In this document: positions 46,871 to 54,926 of the stretch, one piece after another
Numbering within the stretch: position 1 is the stretch's first letter
Layout of the letters: each line of letters opens with the position of its first letter
Virus record (IMG/VR): IMGVR_UViG_3300021185_002167
Coordinates: 32,001 to 96,000 of that record
DNA length: 64,000 nt
DNA from: a virus
Direction: 5' to 3' (one strand)
Translations under genes and position numbers: made by a program
Notes under the pieces: generated by a model
Seen by the model: the letters and a program-made list of their open reading frames with translations, nothing else
The model's database searches: none
Told to the model about the DNA's origin: nothing

Positions 46871-48709
46871 ATGAAATATTTAACTTCAATATGGACAACT
46901 ATTATACTTGGTATTACACTTTTAGGTGTAAGAATTCTAGACCCTCAGTTATTAGAACAGTTTAGGCTCAGCATATTCGATCAGTATATACAATCTCTTC
47001 CAGTAGAACATTCGAACGATATAGTGTTGATTAATATATCCGAGTCTTCACTCGAAGCTTATGGTCAATACCCTTGGCCACGTCAGAATCACGCAGCAGT
47101 GATTTCTGATTTAAGGAACTCGAATGCTGGCATGATAGGGTTTACTATAATGTTTCCAGAAGAAGATCGTTTCGGAGGTGACACTATCTTTGCGTCTTGG
47201 ATAAAAGATAATGGTATTATTCTTGCACAAGATGCGGATCAAAATGGGAGAAGTTCTAAAGCACCTTATGTAGGGTATGCAACATTTGGTTATTCAGGAG
47301 ATCCATTAGATCTTACATATCGATATAAAGGACTGATTACAAATATAGAAGAATTAGAGAAACATGCATGGGGAGTAGGTCTATTAAATGGAGCTCCTGA
47401 AGTAGATAATCTTACAAGAAGAATACCATTAATGTCTCAAGTTAACGGAGATTTATATCCATCATTTGCATTAGAAACTGTAAGAGCAATGCAAGATAAG
47501 AAATCGTATACAATAAAGTTAAATGAAGCTGGAATTGAAAGTATAGTATTAAGACCTTTTATAATACCAACAGATGAGAGAGGTAGTATATGGTTAAAAT
47601 GGAATACACACTTTGAATCAATTGATTATGATGGACAACCATTACCAGATTTAAAAGGAAAGACAGCAATTATAGGAGTTACTGCAAAAGGTATTGTTCC
47701 TCAAGTATCTACTCCAGCTGGGTTATTATATCCACATCAAATACAAGCAAATGCATTACAGACAATAATATCTGATAATCCTATATCACGGCCTCAATGG
47801 ACTTATCTTGCTGAACTTGCAATGATTCTGATTGGTTCTCTTCTGATTGTATTAACTGTATACTATCTTCCGATATGGGTCGGTGCTGTATCCTTCGTCG
47901 GCTCTGCAATCGCTGTAAGCTTTGCTTCTTATTACGCCTGGTACGAATTTTCTATACTCCTCGATTTATCAGCTACTCTAATAATATATATACTTTTACT
48001 CACCTCATCGAGTTTCAATAATTTTTATAAACAATTCGTATTAAGACAACAAGTAAAGAAACAATTTGGTACATATGTATCTCCTGACTTAGTTAAACAA
48101 TTACAAAAAGACCCATCACTCTTACGATTAGGTGGAGAAAGAAAAGAGATGACCTTTATGTTTATGGATATATGTGGATTCACTCCTATATCAGAATATT
48201 ATAAAAACAAAGATGACCCAGAAGGACTTGTAATTCTTATAAATAATTATTTAGATACTATGACAAAAATCGTTTTAAAGAACGGTGGAACTATAGATAA
48301 ATTTATGGGTGATTGTATCATGGCATTTTGGAATGCTCCACTTGATTGTGAAGACCATGCCTTTAAAGCTGTACAAACATCGATCGAAATATGCGAGGCA
48401 GCTGATGAACTTATACAACAACTTGAAGAGCAAGGTTTACCTAGGATTGATATTGGCATTGGTATCAACACCGGGACTTGTATTGTCGGAAATATGGGTT
48501 CAGAATCTAGATTTGACTATTCCGTCATTGGAGATGCCGTTAACCTCGGGGCTAGACTCGAAGGCCAAACAAGAAATTATGATGGGGTTCGAGTGTTGTT
48601 GGGACCGGAAACTTATAGAAGCTGTAAAGACCGAAGAGTATTTACACAAATCGATAGAATCCGTGTTAAAGGAAAATCCGAGAAAGTTACAATATACTCA
48701 CCAATCTAG
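46871..48709 (+). CDS. CHASE2-domain class III adenylate cyclase
   Basis: TM-CHASE2 (GQYPWPR, DNLTRRIPL)-3TM-cyclase architecture; FMDICGFT, DKFMGDCIM and YSVIGDAVNLGARLEG. Confidence 0.93.
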   Translation: MKYLTSIWTTIILGITLLGVRILDPQLLEQFRLSIFDQYIQSLPVEHSNDIVLINISESSLEAYGQYPWPRQNHAAVISDLRNSNAGMIGFTIMFPEEDRFGGDTIFASWIKDNGIILAQDADQNGRSSKAPYVGYATFGYSGDPLDLTYRYKGLITNIEELEKHAWGVGLLNGAPEVDNLTRRIPLMSQVNGDLYPSFALETVRAMQDKKSYTIKLNEAGIESIVLRPFIIPTDERGSIWLKWNTHFESIDYDGQPLPDLKGKTAIIGVTAKGIVPQVSTPAGLLYPHQIQANALQTIISDNPISRPQWTYLAELAMILIGSLLIVLTVYYLPIWVGAVSFVGSAIAVSFASYYAWYEFSILLDLSATLIIYILLLTSSSFNNFYKQFVLRQQVKKQFGTYVSPDLVKQLQKDPSLLRLGGERKEMTFMFMDICGFTPISEYYKNKDDPEGLVILINNYLDTMTKIVLKNGGTIDKFMGDCIMAFWNAPLDCEDHAFKAVQTSIEICEAADELIQQLEEQGLPRIDIGIGINTGTCIVGNMGSESRFDYSVIGDAVNLGARLEGQTRNYDGVRVLLGPETYRSCKDRRVFTQIDRIRVKGKSEKVTIYSPI

Positions 48710-49007
48710 AGATAGAGAGATTCTATTGACATGGTATTTACTTAATGCATTAGATGTCCATTCAACGTTAAAAGGATTAAAATATTCATGTATAACTGAA
48801 GCCAATCCAATACTGCCAACTGTACCACATAGGGATAATCTCTTAATTCATAAATCAATTGTATTAAGTAGTTTCTTTAATTTAGATCTATGGAGTGCTG
48901 AAGAAATATGGGTAATGAATCTTGTTATGGCTTCTGTTGTTATCGATAATTATAAAATTGTAAATAGATCTAAAAAAAATCCAACAACGTGTCCTAAACG
49001 CGGTTAA
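48405..49007 (+). CDS. Overprinted membrane/secreted protein with DUF5658-like C-terminus
   Basis: Frame open from 48309; GAGG SD before ATG 48405; signal-peptide-like N-terminus; LNALDVHST..EANPIL motif. Confidence 0.6.
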   Translation: MNLYNNLKSKVYLGLILALVSTPGLVLSEIWVQNLDLTIPSLEMPLTSGLDSKAKQEIMMGFECCWDRKLIEAVKTEEYLHKSIESVLKENPRKLQYTHQSRDREILLTWYLLNALDVHSTLKGLKYSCITEANPILPTVPHRDNLLIHKSIVLSSFFNLDLWSAEEIWVMNLVMASVVIDNYKIVNRSKKNPTTCPKRG

Positions 49008-49048
49008 AACTGCTGACATAGTGATTGTTGTGTAATTAATTTAATTAT

Positions 49049-49091
49049 TTTCACTCGAACCGTTTACATTTGCTCCCAACTAGGGTATAAT
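49049..49091 (+). promoter_or_regulatory. Early promoter cassette
   Basis: 20-mer identical to 15615-15634; TTTACA-17-TATAAT; TGCTCCCAACT in the spacer. Confidence 0.85.
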
Positions 49092-49124
49092 ATACCTATA
49101 CAATTTAAAAGATAAGGAGTTTAA

Positions 49125-49424
49125 ATGAATATAACAACAATAAAAGAAATCGTTCAAGAATTTGATGGCATCAAATTTACAACAAGTGGTAAAACTTTCG
49201 AAGGCTATGTCAAAGAAGTTAATGACACTGATATAACTGTAAGAGCATATGATAAAGATGAAGTTGAACCTAATGGGTTAGCTGATCATTCTACATATAT
49301 CTTACCTTACGTAACATTTAAAGGTATTAATTTAGAATGGTTTTATGAAGGACAAGGAGCTGATAATTCAGCAATCGGAATGTCTGGATATTGGGTTAAC
49401 GATTTACAAGAGGTAGTAGCATAA
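49125..49424 (+). CDS. Hypothetical early protein
   Basis: GATAAGGAG SD. Confidence 0.7.
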   Translation: MNITTIKEIVQEFDGIKFTTSGKTFEGYVKEVNDTDITVRAYDKDEVEPNGLADHSTYILPYVTFKGINLEWFYEGQGADNSAIGMSGYWVNDLQEVVA

Positions 49425-49867
49425 TGAATATAATATTTGATGTAGATGGAACTCTTATGGATATAGAGACAAGAAGAAAATTCCTTGATGAAACACCACC
49501 TAACTGGGATAAGTTTATGGACCCTAGTGAGATGCAAACTGACAAACCAATGGAGCATGTATTTAATTTAGCTGCATGTTTATACGATAGTGGTCATCAA
49601 ATAGTAGTTGTTTCAGCAAGAAACGAAAGACATAGAGAAGTTACAGAAAGCCAGCTAAAAACAGCAGGAGGCGAATTCTGGAGTCATATGTTTTTAAGAC
49701 CAGATGATAGCTACGAGCCAGACCATGAATTCAAACAAAGAGTTCTTAATGAGCTTATCAAAGCTGATTGGAAACCAGACATGATATTCGACGACAGAAA
49801 TTCTGTTGTTGACATGTGGAGATCTAATGGAATCCCTTGTCTACAAGTCGCAGAAGGTAACTTTTAA
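49424..49867 (+). CDS. Stand-alone PNKP-type HAD 3'-phosphatase domain
   Basis: FDVDGTL, VSAR, FDDRNSVVDMWR and CLQVAEGNF. Confidence 0.85.
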   Translation: MNIIFDVDGTLMDIETRRKFLDETPPNWDKFMDPSEMQTDKPMEHVFNLAACLYDSGHQIVVVSARNERHREVTESQLKTAGGEFWSHMFLRPDDSYEPDHEFKQRVLNELIKADWKPDMIFDDRNSVVDMWRSNGIPCLQVAEGNF

Positions 49868-49868
49868 G

Positions 49869-49994
49869 ATGGGTAAATTAAGACAATGGTTTAGAAATTG
49901 GCTTGACGTACAAGTAGAAAAGTCATTACAAAGACAAGCAAATAAAATGTTTGATAAAAATAAAGTAAAATATACTGACGGAGACAATACTTGA
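49869..49994 (+). CDS. Small basic protein
   Basis: MGKLRQWFRNW... begins just after the previous stop. Confidence 0.5.
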   Translation: MGKLRQWFRNWLDVQVEKSLQRQANKMFDKNKVKYTDGDNT

Positions 49995-50000
49995 GAATAG

Positions 50001-50075
50001 AACAACACTTTCTCACAATTATTTCACCAAAAAGTGAAAATAATCCTTTACATTTGCTCCCAACTATGGTATAAT
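50001..50075 (+). promoter_or_regulatory. Early promoter cassette with small inverted repeat
   Basis: 24-mer shared with 15584; TTTCAC-N6-GTGAAA at 50022-50039; TTTACA(50047)-17-TATAAT. Confidence 0.85.
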
Positions 50076-50108
50076 AACTATATATTCAATTGATAAGGAG
50101 TATAAGAT

Positions 50109-50618
50109 ATGAATAAATTAGTAATAAACACGCAATACCTAGAGAACTACGGTACTCAAGAGGACCCTTACATGAAGTTCAAGGGTGGTAATACCTTTGT
50201 ACTTCCTAACTGTGGAGAGTTGGACTCTAACGAAATTGCTACAGTCGTAGCTAGAGTTAGACCATTCATCACTACTACTTTGGCAGAGTCCAATGGCGGT
50301 TGTGAGGAATACATCATTGATTCTACAGTTGTACCACATTCTGCAAAAGCTTGTGAGGACTGGGAAACAATCACTGACTTTTGTTTTGACCAATTCACTG
50401 GTGATGTTCATTTCATCAAAATTACTGACAACCGTGAAGATGGTTGGATGAGAAAAGAAATTCTCGAAGTAACTGAGACATGGACTAACAACCGTGAAAA
50501 CTATAAGAAAGAATTCTTAATGGACGACGGCGATTTATGTGTTGGCGACAAAGAGGCAAATGCCTGGCTTAAACTGAATACAGTAAAACCAAAAATGGAA
50601 AGAAACATAACATTTTAA
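50109..50618 (+). CDS. Hypothetical early protein
   Basis: TGATAAGGAG SD; LVINTQYLENYG..YMKFKGG. Confidence 0.75.
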   Translation: MNKLVINTQYLENYGTQEDPYMKFKGGNTFVLPNCGELDSNEIATVVARVRPFITTTLAESNGGCEEYIIDSTVVPHSAKACEDWETITDFCFDQFTGDVHFIKITDNREDGWMRKEILEVTETWTNNRENYKKEFLMDDGDLCVGDKEANAWLKLNTVKPKMERNITF

Positions 50619-50628
50619 GGAGTATATT

Positions 50629-50823
50629 ATGGAAAGATATTTAATCACAACAGAGTCATACATATATGCAGAGAACGAAGCAAAAGCAAAGTCACTTGCA
50701 GGATATGTACAAGGCAAACAAAGAAAGTCATATGACAACCAATGTCATGTAACAAAATTAGAGTACGCACCTTTTGGCGGCGGATTCTCAGATACAAATT
50801 TAATTGAAGGAGAAATACTATGA
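50629..50823 (+). CDS. Hypothetical early protein
   Basis: TAAGGAG SD. Confidence 0.7.
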   Translation: MERYLITTESYIYAENEAKAKSLAGYVQGKQRKSYDNQCHVTKLEYAPFGGGFSDTNLIEGEIL

Positions 50824-51104
50824 GTAATACATTTGAATTACTAAAAGCTGAGCTTAATCAGTATAAAGAAGAAAAAGATATGCAAGAAATGATTGCTAAG
50901 CTTGACGCAAGAAAATCAATTATTAAAGAGCAATCTAAATTAACTAAGCAAGTTAAAAAGGCTGGTAAACAATCACCAGGCGGTTTAGACTGTTTCAAAG
51001 AAGAGAATATGTATCATAGCGAAAAGAACATATCTCGTTATCTAGAAGATAGTTCAATCATGCATGCATATGACGCTTCTAAATTAGACCAGGAGTGGAA
51101 CTAA
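50820..51104 (+). CDS. Hypothetical early protein
   Basis: AAGGAG SD; ATGA overlap. Confidence 0.65.
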   Translation: MSNTFELLKAELNQYKEEKDMQEMIAKLDARKSIIKEQSKLTKQVKKAGKQSPGGLDCFKEENMYHSEKNISRYLEDSSIMHAYDASKLDQEWN

Positions 51105-51237
51105 TGAATAGAGGACATCAAAGAGCTATTGCATTACAAACTGCAAGAGATAAAGCAAACGATCCTGACTTTAAATTGTTATGGGATATGAAACTAAGAG
51201 AACTTATTAAAATTGCAGAAAAAGGAGAAAAGGGAAA

Positions 51238-51537
51238 ATGGGCCAATACGATAAAGTAGTAGAAAAGCAAAGAATAAAAATTGCAGCTGAAGAGTGGGCA
51301 GGTAAAGTTAAATCAATACATGCTCATAGCTTATCAAGTTTGTATTATGATGATCGACCACAAGATACTCAAGGCAATAAAAGCGTAGTTGATATAGAAT
51401 ATAACTCAGGAAGAGTTGAAAGAAAACTTATTAATACAGGAGAAACCTTTATCTTTGACAAATATGAACTTAAGGGCAATGACCTTTTACAGACGTTTGG
51501 CCAAAATAATGAAAATAATCCTTTACATTTGACTTAA
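51238..51537 (+). CDS. Hypothetical protein
   Basis: AAGGAG upstream; 99 aa. Confidence 0.6.
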   Translation: MGQYDKVVEKQRIKIAAEEWAGKVKSIHAHSLSSLYYDDRPQDTQGNKSVVDIEYNSGRVERKLINTGETFIFDKYELKGNDLLQTFGQNNENNPLHLT

Positions 51538-51550
51538 AGTATGGTATAAT
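51522..51550 (+). promoter_or_regulatory. sigma70-like promoter, likely leaderless
   Basis: TTTACA-17-TATAAT; 6 nt to ATG 51557. Confidence 0.85.
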
Positions 51551-51556
51551 ATACAT

Positions 51557-51805
51557 ATGAACGAATATTTAATTGAAAAGAATAAAATGATGGGAGGTAT
51601 ACAAAAAGTATATAAGTTCCCTAATGGATATGGTGCAAGCGTTATTCAACATAAAGGTTCATATGGATATGTAAAGGGGCAATGGGAAGTTGCTGTATTA
51701 CATGAAGGTCAACTTTGTTATTCAACTCCTATCACATCTGATGTCATAGGTCATCTTAATGACCCAGAGGTTGATAACATTTTAGGTAAAATATTTAGAT
51801 TATGA
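51557..51805 (+). CDS. Conserved small phage protein
   Basis: YKFPNGYGASVI..SYG...WEVAVL..TPITSDVIGHL. Confidence 0.75.
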   Translation: MNEYLIEKNKMMGGIQKVYKFPNGYGASVIQHKGSYGYVKGQWEVAVLHEGQLCYSTPITSDVIGHLNDPEVDNILGKIFRL

Positions 51806-51932
51806 AAAAAACAATAAGACGTCCGGTGAGTACGCTAACTCACACATCAAGAGAAGTTGCAATTCATTTCTTAGCATGGAGAGAAAAGCAAAAAGAAAAA
51901 ACCATGATAGGTCATAATGGAGGTCCTAAGTA

Positions 51933-52283
51933 ATGGGTGCAACTAATTTTTATATGGGTTCATTACGATATGATATCCACGGCAGAAAAAGAAAGAAGCA
52001 TGCTTCTAACAGAGTAAAGAAAAAGCCTGTTGAGTTTAAACCAATGACTATTGAAGTATCTACTCTTGACCAACTACGAGCTGAACAAGCAGCTCAATAC
52101 AAATCAGTTATGGAAGACTATATGAAAGATGGTAACTATCCAAAATCTGATACTACTAAAAAAGAAACAATGAAATACACAGGTACTCTTGTCAAAGGTA
52201 TTGCTACAATGCATAAGTCAAATGCAGTCCCAGTTATTTCACAACAAGAAGCTGAGGATATCAGCAAAATGAGGAGAAACTAA
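51933..52283 (+). CDS. Conserved T4-like hypothetical protein
   Basis: GGAGG SD; YTGTLVKGIATMHKSNAVPV. Confidence 0.75.
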   Translation: MGATNFYMGSLRYDIHGRKRKKHASNRVKKKPVEFKPMTIEVSTLDQLRAEQAAQYKSVMEDYMKDGNYPKSDTTKKETMKYTGTLVKGIATMHKSNAVPVISQQEAEDISKMRRN

Positions 52284-52488
52284 TGAATACAATATTTAGT
52301 ATACTATTACTGATAGGTACTGCATGGTTTGCATTTATGTCAGCTCATGTTTCTTCAGAACAAAAAGAAGGAAAAACTATTCGATTACCTTGGGAAAAGG
52401 AATAATGGAATACTTTTTATATTTTATATTATTCTGTATGATATGCAACGGTATTGTATACGTAATACAAGAATTAATTAATAAGTTT

Positions 52489-52549
52489 TATGATTGAACT
52501 TCATCAACGCAACTCCTTATCACCCGCGGAAGTTCAATCATATTTTTTT
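52489..52549 (+). ncRNA. Candidate structured RNA or atypical terminator with an anti-SD loop
   Basis: Perfect 14-bp stem TATGATTGAACTTC/GAAGTTCAATCATA, 26-nt loop containing AACTCCTTATCA, then a T7 tail. Confidence 0.55.
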
Positions 52550-52558
52550 AAAAAAACG

Positions 52559-52587
52559 TTTACATTTGATAAGGAATGTGGTATAAT
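52559..52587 (+). promoter_or_regulatory. sigma70-like promoter
   Basis: TTTACA-17-TATAAT with TG. Confidence 0.85.
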
Positions 52588-52616
52588 AGATCTATATAGT
52601 TAATAAGGAGAAATAT

Positions 52617-53732
52617 ATGGCTAAAAGAAAAAGAGGACCAAGTCTTGATGAAAAGTATCTTGGACCAGAACCAATATATACAAGTGAATCAGATTTTACC
52701 GGTGGAAACTGGACTAAAGGCGTTCATTGGTATAACTATTTTTATAAACAAAAAGATTATATGCCAACAACTCATCAGTTCTGTAAAGACGTAATGGGAT
52801 GGGATAAGAAAAAAATATCAGTACTTAAAAGGCTTAAAGACTACAGATTTATGAAAGTTAATAAGTTGATTAAAATGTATTATAGAGGTTGGCAATATCC
52901 AGAAGAACAAATCACTTCTATAAAAGATTTTATCAATGAACAATACAAAGTAGCTTTAAAAGAAAAGAAAGTTGAAGAAGCTAAAAAGGCTGATGTAGTT
53001 ATTATATCACCAGCTGAAAGAACTCGTATGAAAGTTATGGACACTATATATTATGACTTTGATTCTACTATAGTTGAAGGTTGGCTTGAAGGAGAATTTA
53101 AACAAAAGTTTAATGCTTTTAATCGATTTAAACTACATCAGCTTAAAGGTAACGCAATTAATATATTTAAAGCTCTTGTCGAAACTGAATATAATAATAT
53201 CAAAGATGCTTATGAAAAGAATTGCGATCAAGCAGTAGAAGCATACTCTCATTTTACGAAAGGCGAAAAGAGCAAGATGCTTAAACAGCTTGAAGAGATA
53301 TTTGTCGATCTTGAAAGACTAAGAGATTCTTTTAAAGCGACAAGGTCTACTAAAGTTAAAAAAGTTAAAGCTTCAGATCAACAAGTAACTAAGCTTAAGT
53401 ATTGTGCAGAAAACTTAGATGCTAAATTAACATCTATTAATCCTGTTGCGATACCAGGTAAAACTAAACTATATGTTTATAACTGTAAGAATAAAAAGCT
53501 TATGGAGTATGTAACATCATCAATAGGTGGCTTTGAAATATCAGGTACATCTATAAGAAATTTTGAAAAAGAATCTCGACAAGCTACATTAAGAAAGCCT
53601 GATGAAATATTACCAATGGTTCTTAATAAGACTGAAAAACAAATTGAGAAGATATGGGAAACGTTAACAACTAAAATAGATAAACCCACAGGAAGAATAA
53701 ATGCTGACTGTATTTTAATGAGAGTATTTTAA
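52617..53732 (+). CDS. Conserved T4-like hypothetical protein upstream of gp33
   Basis: WYNYFY, SINPVAIPG, TLRKPDE and TGRINADCIL. Confidence 0.7.
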   Translation: MAKRKRGPSLDEKYLGPEPIYTSESDFTGGNWTKGVHWYNYFYKQKDYMPTTHQFCKDVMGWDKKKISVLKRLKDYRFMKVNKLIKMYYRGWQYPEEQITSIKDFINEQYKVALKEKKVEEAKKADVVIISPAERTRMKVMDTIYYDFDSTIVEGWLEGEFKQKFNAFNRFKLHQLKGNAINIFKALVETEYNNIKDAYEKNCDQAVEAYSHFTKGEKSKMLKQLEEIFVDLERLRDSFKATRSTKVKKVKASDQQVTKLKYCAENLDAKLTSINPVAIPGKTKLYVYNCKNKKLMEYVTSSIGGFEISGTSIRNFEKESRQATLRKPDEILPMVLNKTEKQIEKIWETLTTKIDKPTGRINADCILMRVF

Positions 53733-53742
53733 GGAAAAAATT

Positions 53743-53988
53743 ATGTCAGATAATCCAGTAGAACAAAAAGTAATGACAAAGAAAAGATTTTCTGCAGCAG
53801 TAGAACATCTTGTCGCTAATAACAATATGTCTTATATCGATTCAGCAGCTTATATAGTTGAACAAAGAGGTATGGACTATAAGAATATGAAGAAGCTTTT
53901 AACAGATTCTTTAAAACAAAAGATTGAAGAAGAAGCAGCTAGCTTAAATTTAATCAAAATCAAACGAACTAATAAATTACCATTATAA
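53743..53988 (+). CDS. 33: Late transcription coactivator gp33
   Basis: FSAAVE..MSYIDS..LKQKIEEEAASLNL; synteny with dsbA, 59 and 32. Confidence 0.85.
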   Translation: MSDNPVEQKVMTKKRFSAAVEHLVANNNMSYIDSAAYIVEQRGMDYKNMKKLLTDSLKQKIEEEAASLNLIKIKRTNKLPL

Positions 53989-53998
53989 AGGAGAAAAA

Positions 53999-54262
53999 AT
54001 GAGTAGTAATGTAATCATTCCATCAAGCGTGGAAGACAAAAAAAGAATCAAAGGATGCATTGAAGAGATATCAAACTCTCTTACGCGTATCGATTCAGAA
54101 AAAGCTTTTATAAAAGAAGCAGTTGAATCATGCGCAGAGGATGTAGCAATTGATAAAAAGCATCTAAGAAAAATGGCTAACATACATCATAAGCAAAACT
54201 TAAGCGAAGTTGTTGGCGAAATAGAAGATGTAGAAGCTCTATACGAAGGAGTTATGGTATAG
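53999..54262 (+). CDS. dsbA: Phage dsDNA-binding protein DsbA
   Basis: IEEISNSLTRIDSEKAFIKE..LRKMANIHHKQN; synteny. Confidence 0.8.
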   Translation: MSSNVIIPSSVEDKKRIKGCIEEISNSLTRIDSEKAFIKEAVESCAEDVAIDKKHLRKMANIHHKQNLSEVVGEIEDVEALYEGVMV

Positions 54263-54858
54263 TGAACGATCCGTTTGAATCTTATAAATTGTATAATGCG
54301 CTCAAACTCCATTTCGAAACAGATGGATATGATGCTGTTAAATACCATTATAAGACAAACGTAAAGCCAACATCCTTCTTTAAACGTAAGGATAAATACT
54401 TCTTTGCCAAGCTTGCTAATACATATGAATCTGAATTAAAAGAATTCTATATAGCAAACTTTAAAAACGATGTTAAGTATGTCGGTGATATGCTTAACGA
54501 AGGTGGCGAAAGGTATTATAGAGACCATAAAAAGATTATGGAATCTCTCAGCTATCAGTTTCAAACTGATATAAATAAACTTAATGATATGGATATATCG
54601 TTTGATTCTCTCTTAACGGCAGAAGATAACAATCATCCATTGATTATAAAGCTTTGGATGCAAGAAGAAATACAGTTGGAAACAATCGTAATCTTGGATT
54701 CAATACTTGGGTTTGTAGAACGTGAAAATAATAAGATAACAGATACAATCATTTGGCCTGATATCTATAGAAAGATTATGAAATACAAACCTTTCGTAAA
54801 GTTCGATCGAAATAAATGTTTAAATTTATTAAAAAAGACCTTTACAAATGCCACATAA
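54262..54858 (+). CDS. 59: Helicase loader gp59
   Basis: YKLYNALKLHF..YDAVKY, KRKDKYFFAKL and ETIVILD. Confidence 0.9.
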   Translation: MNDPFESYKLYNALKLHFETDGYDAVKYHYKTNVKPTSFFKRKDKYFFAKLANTYESELKEFYIANFKNDVKYVGDMLNEGGERYYRDHKKIMESLSYQFQTDINKLNDMDISFDSLLTAEDNNHPLIIKLWMQEEIQLETIVILDSILGFVERENNKITDTIIWPDIYRKIMKYKPFVKFDRNKCLNLLKKTFTNAT

Positions 54859-54869
54859 TGTGGTATAAT
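54841..54869 (+). promoter_or_regulatory. sigma70-like promoter for gp32
   Basis: TTTACA-17-TATAAT with TG. Confidence 0.85.
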
Positions 54870-54926
54870 ATAACTATAATATAATGTATAACGTGGACAA
54901 TTCAGTAAATATATGGAGAAAATAAT

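Noticed and set aside
9892-54577. Intragenic TATAAATA octamers (e.g. 9892, 11731, 14909, 18889, 35137, 37633, 54570)
   Set aside because: Expected by chance in AT-rich DNA. Only copies in intergenic gaps or just upstream of late-type genes were used as evidence.
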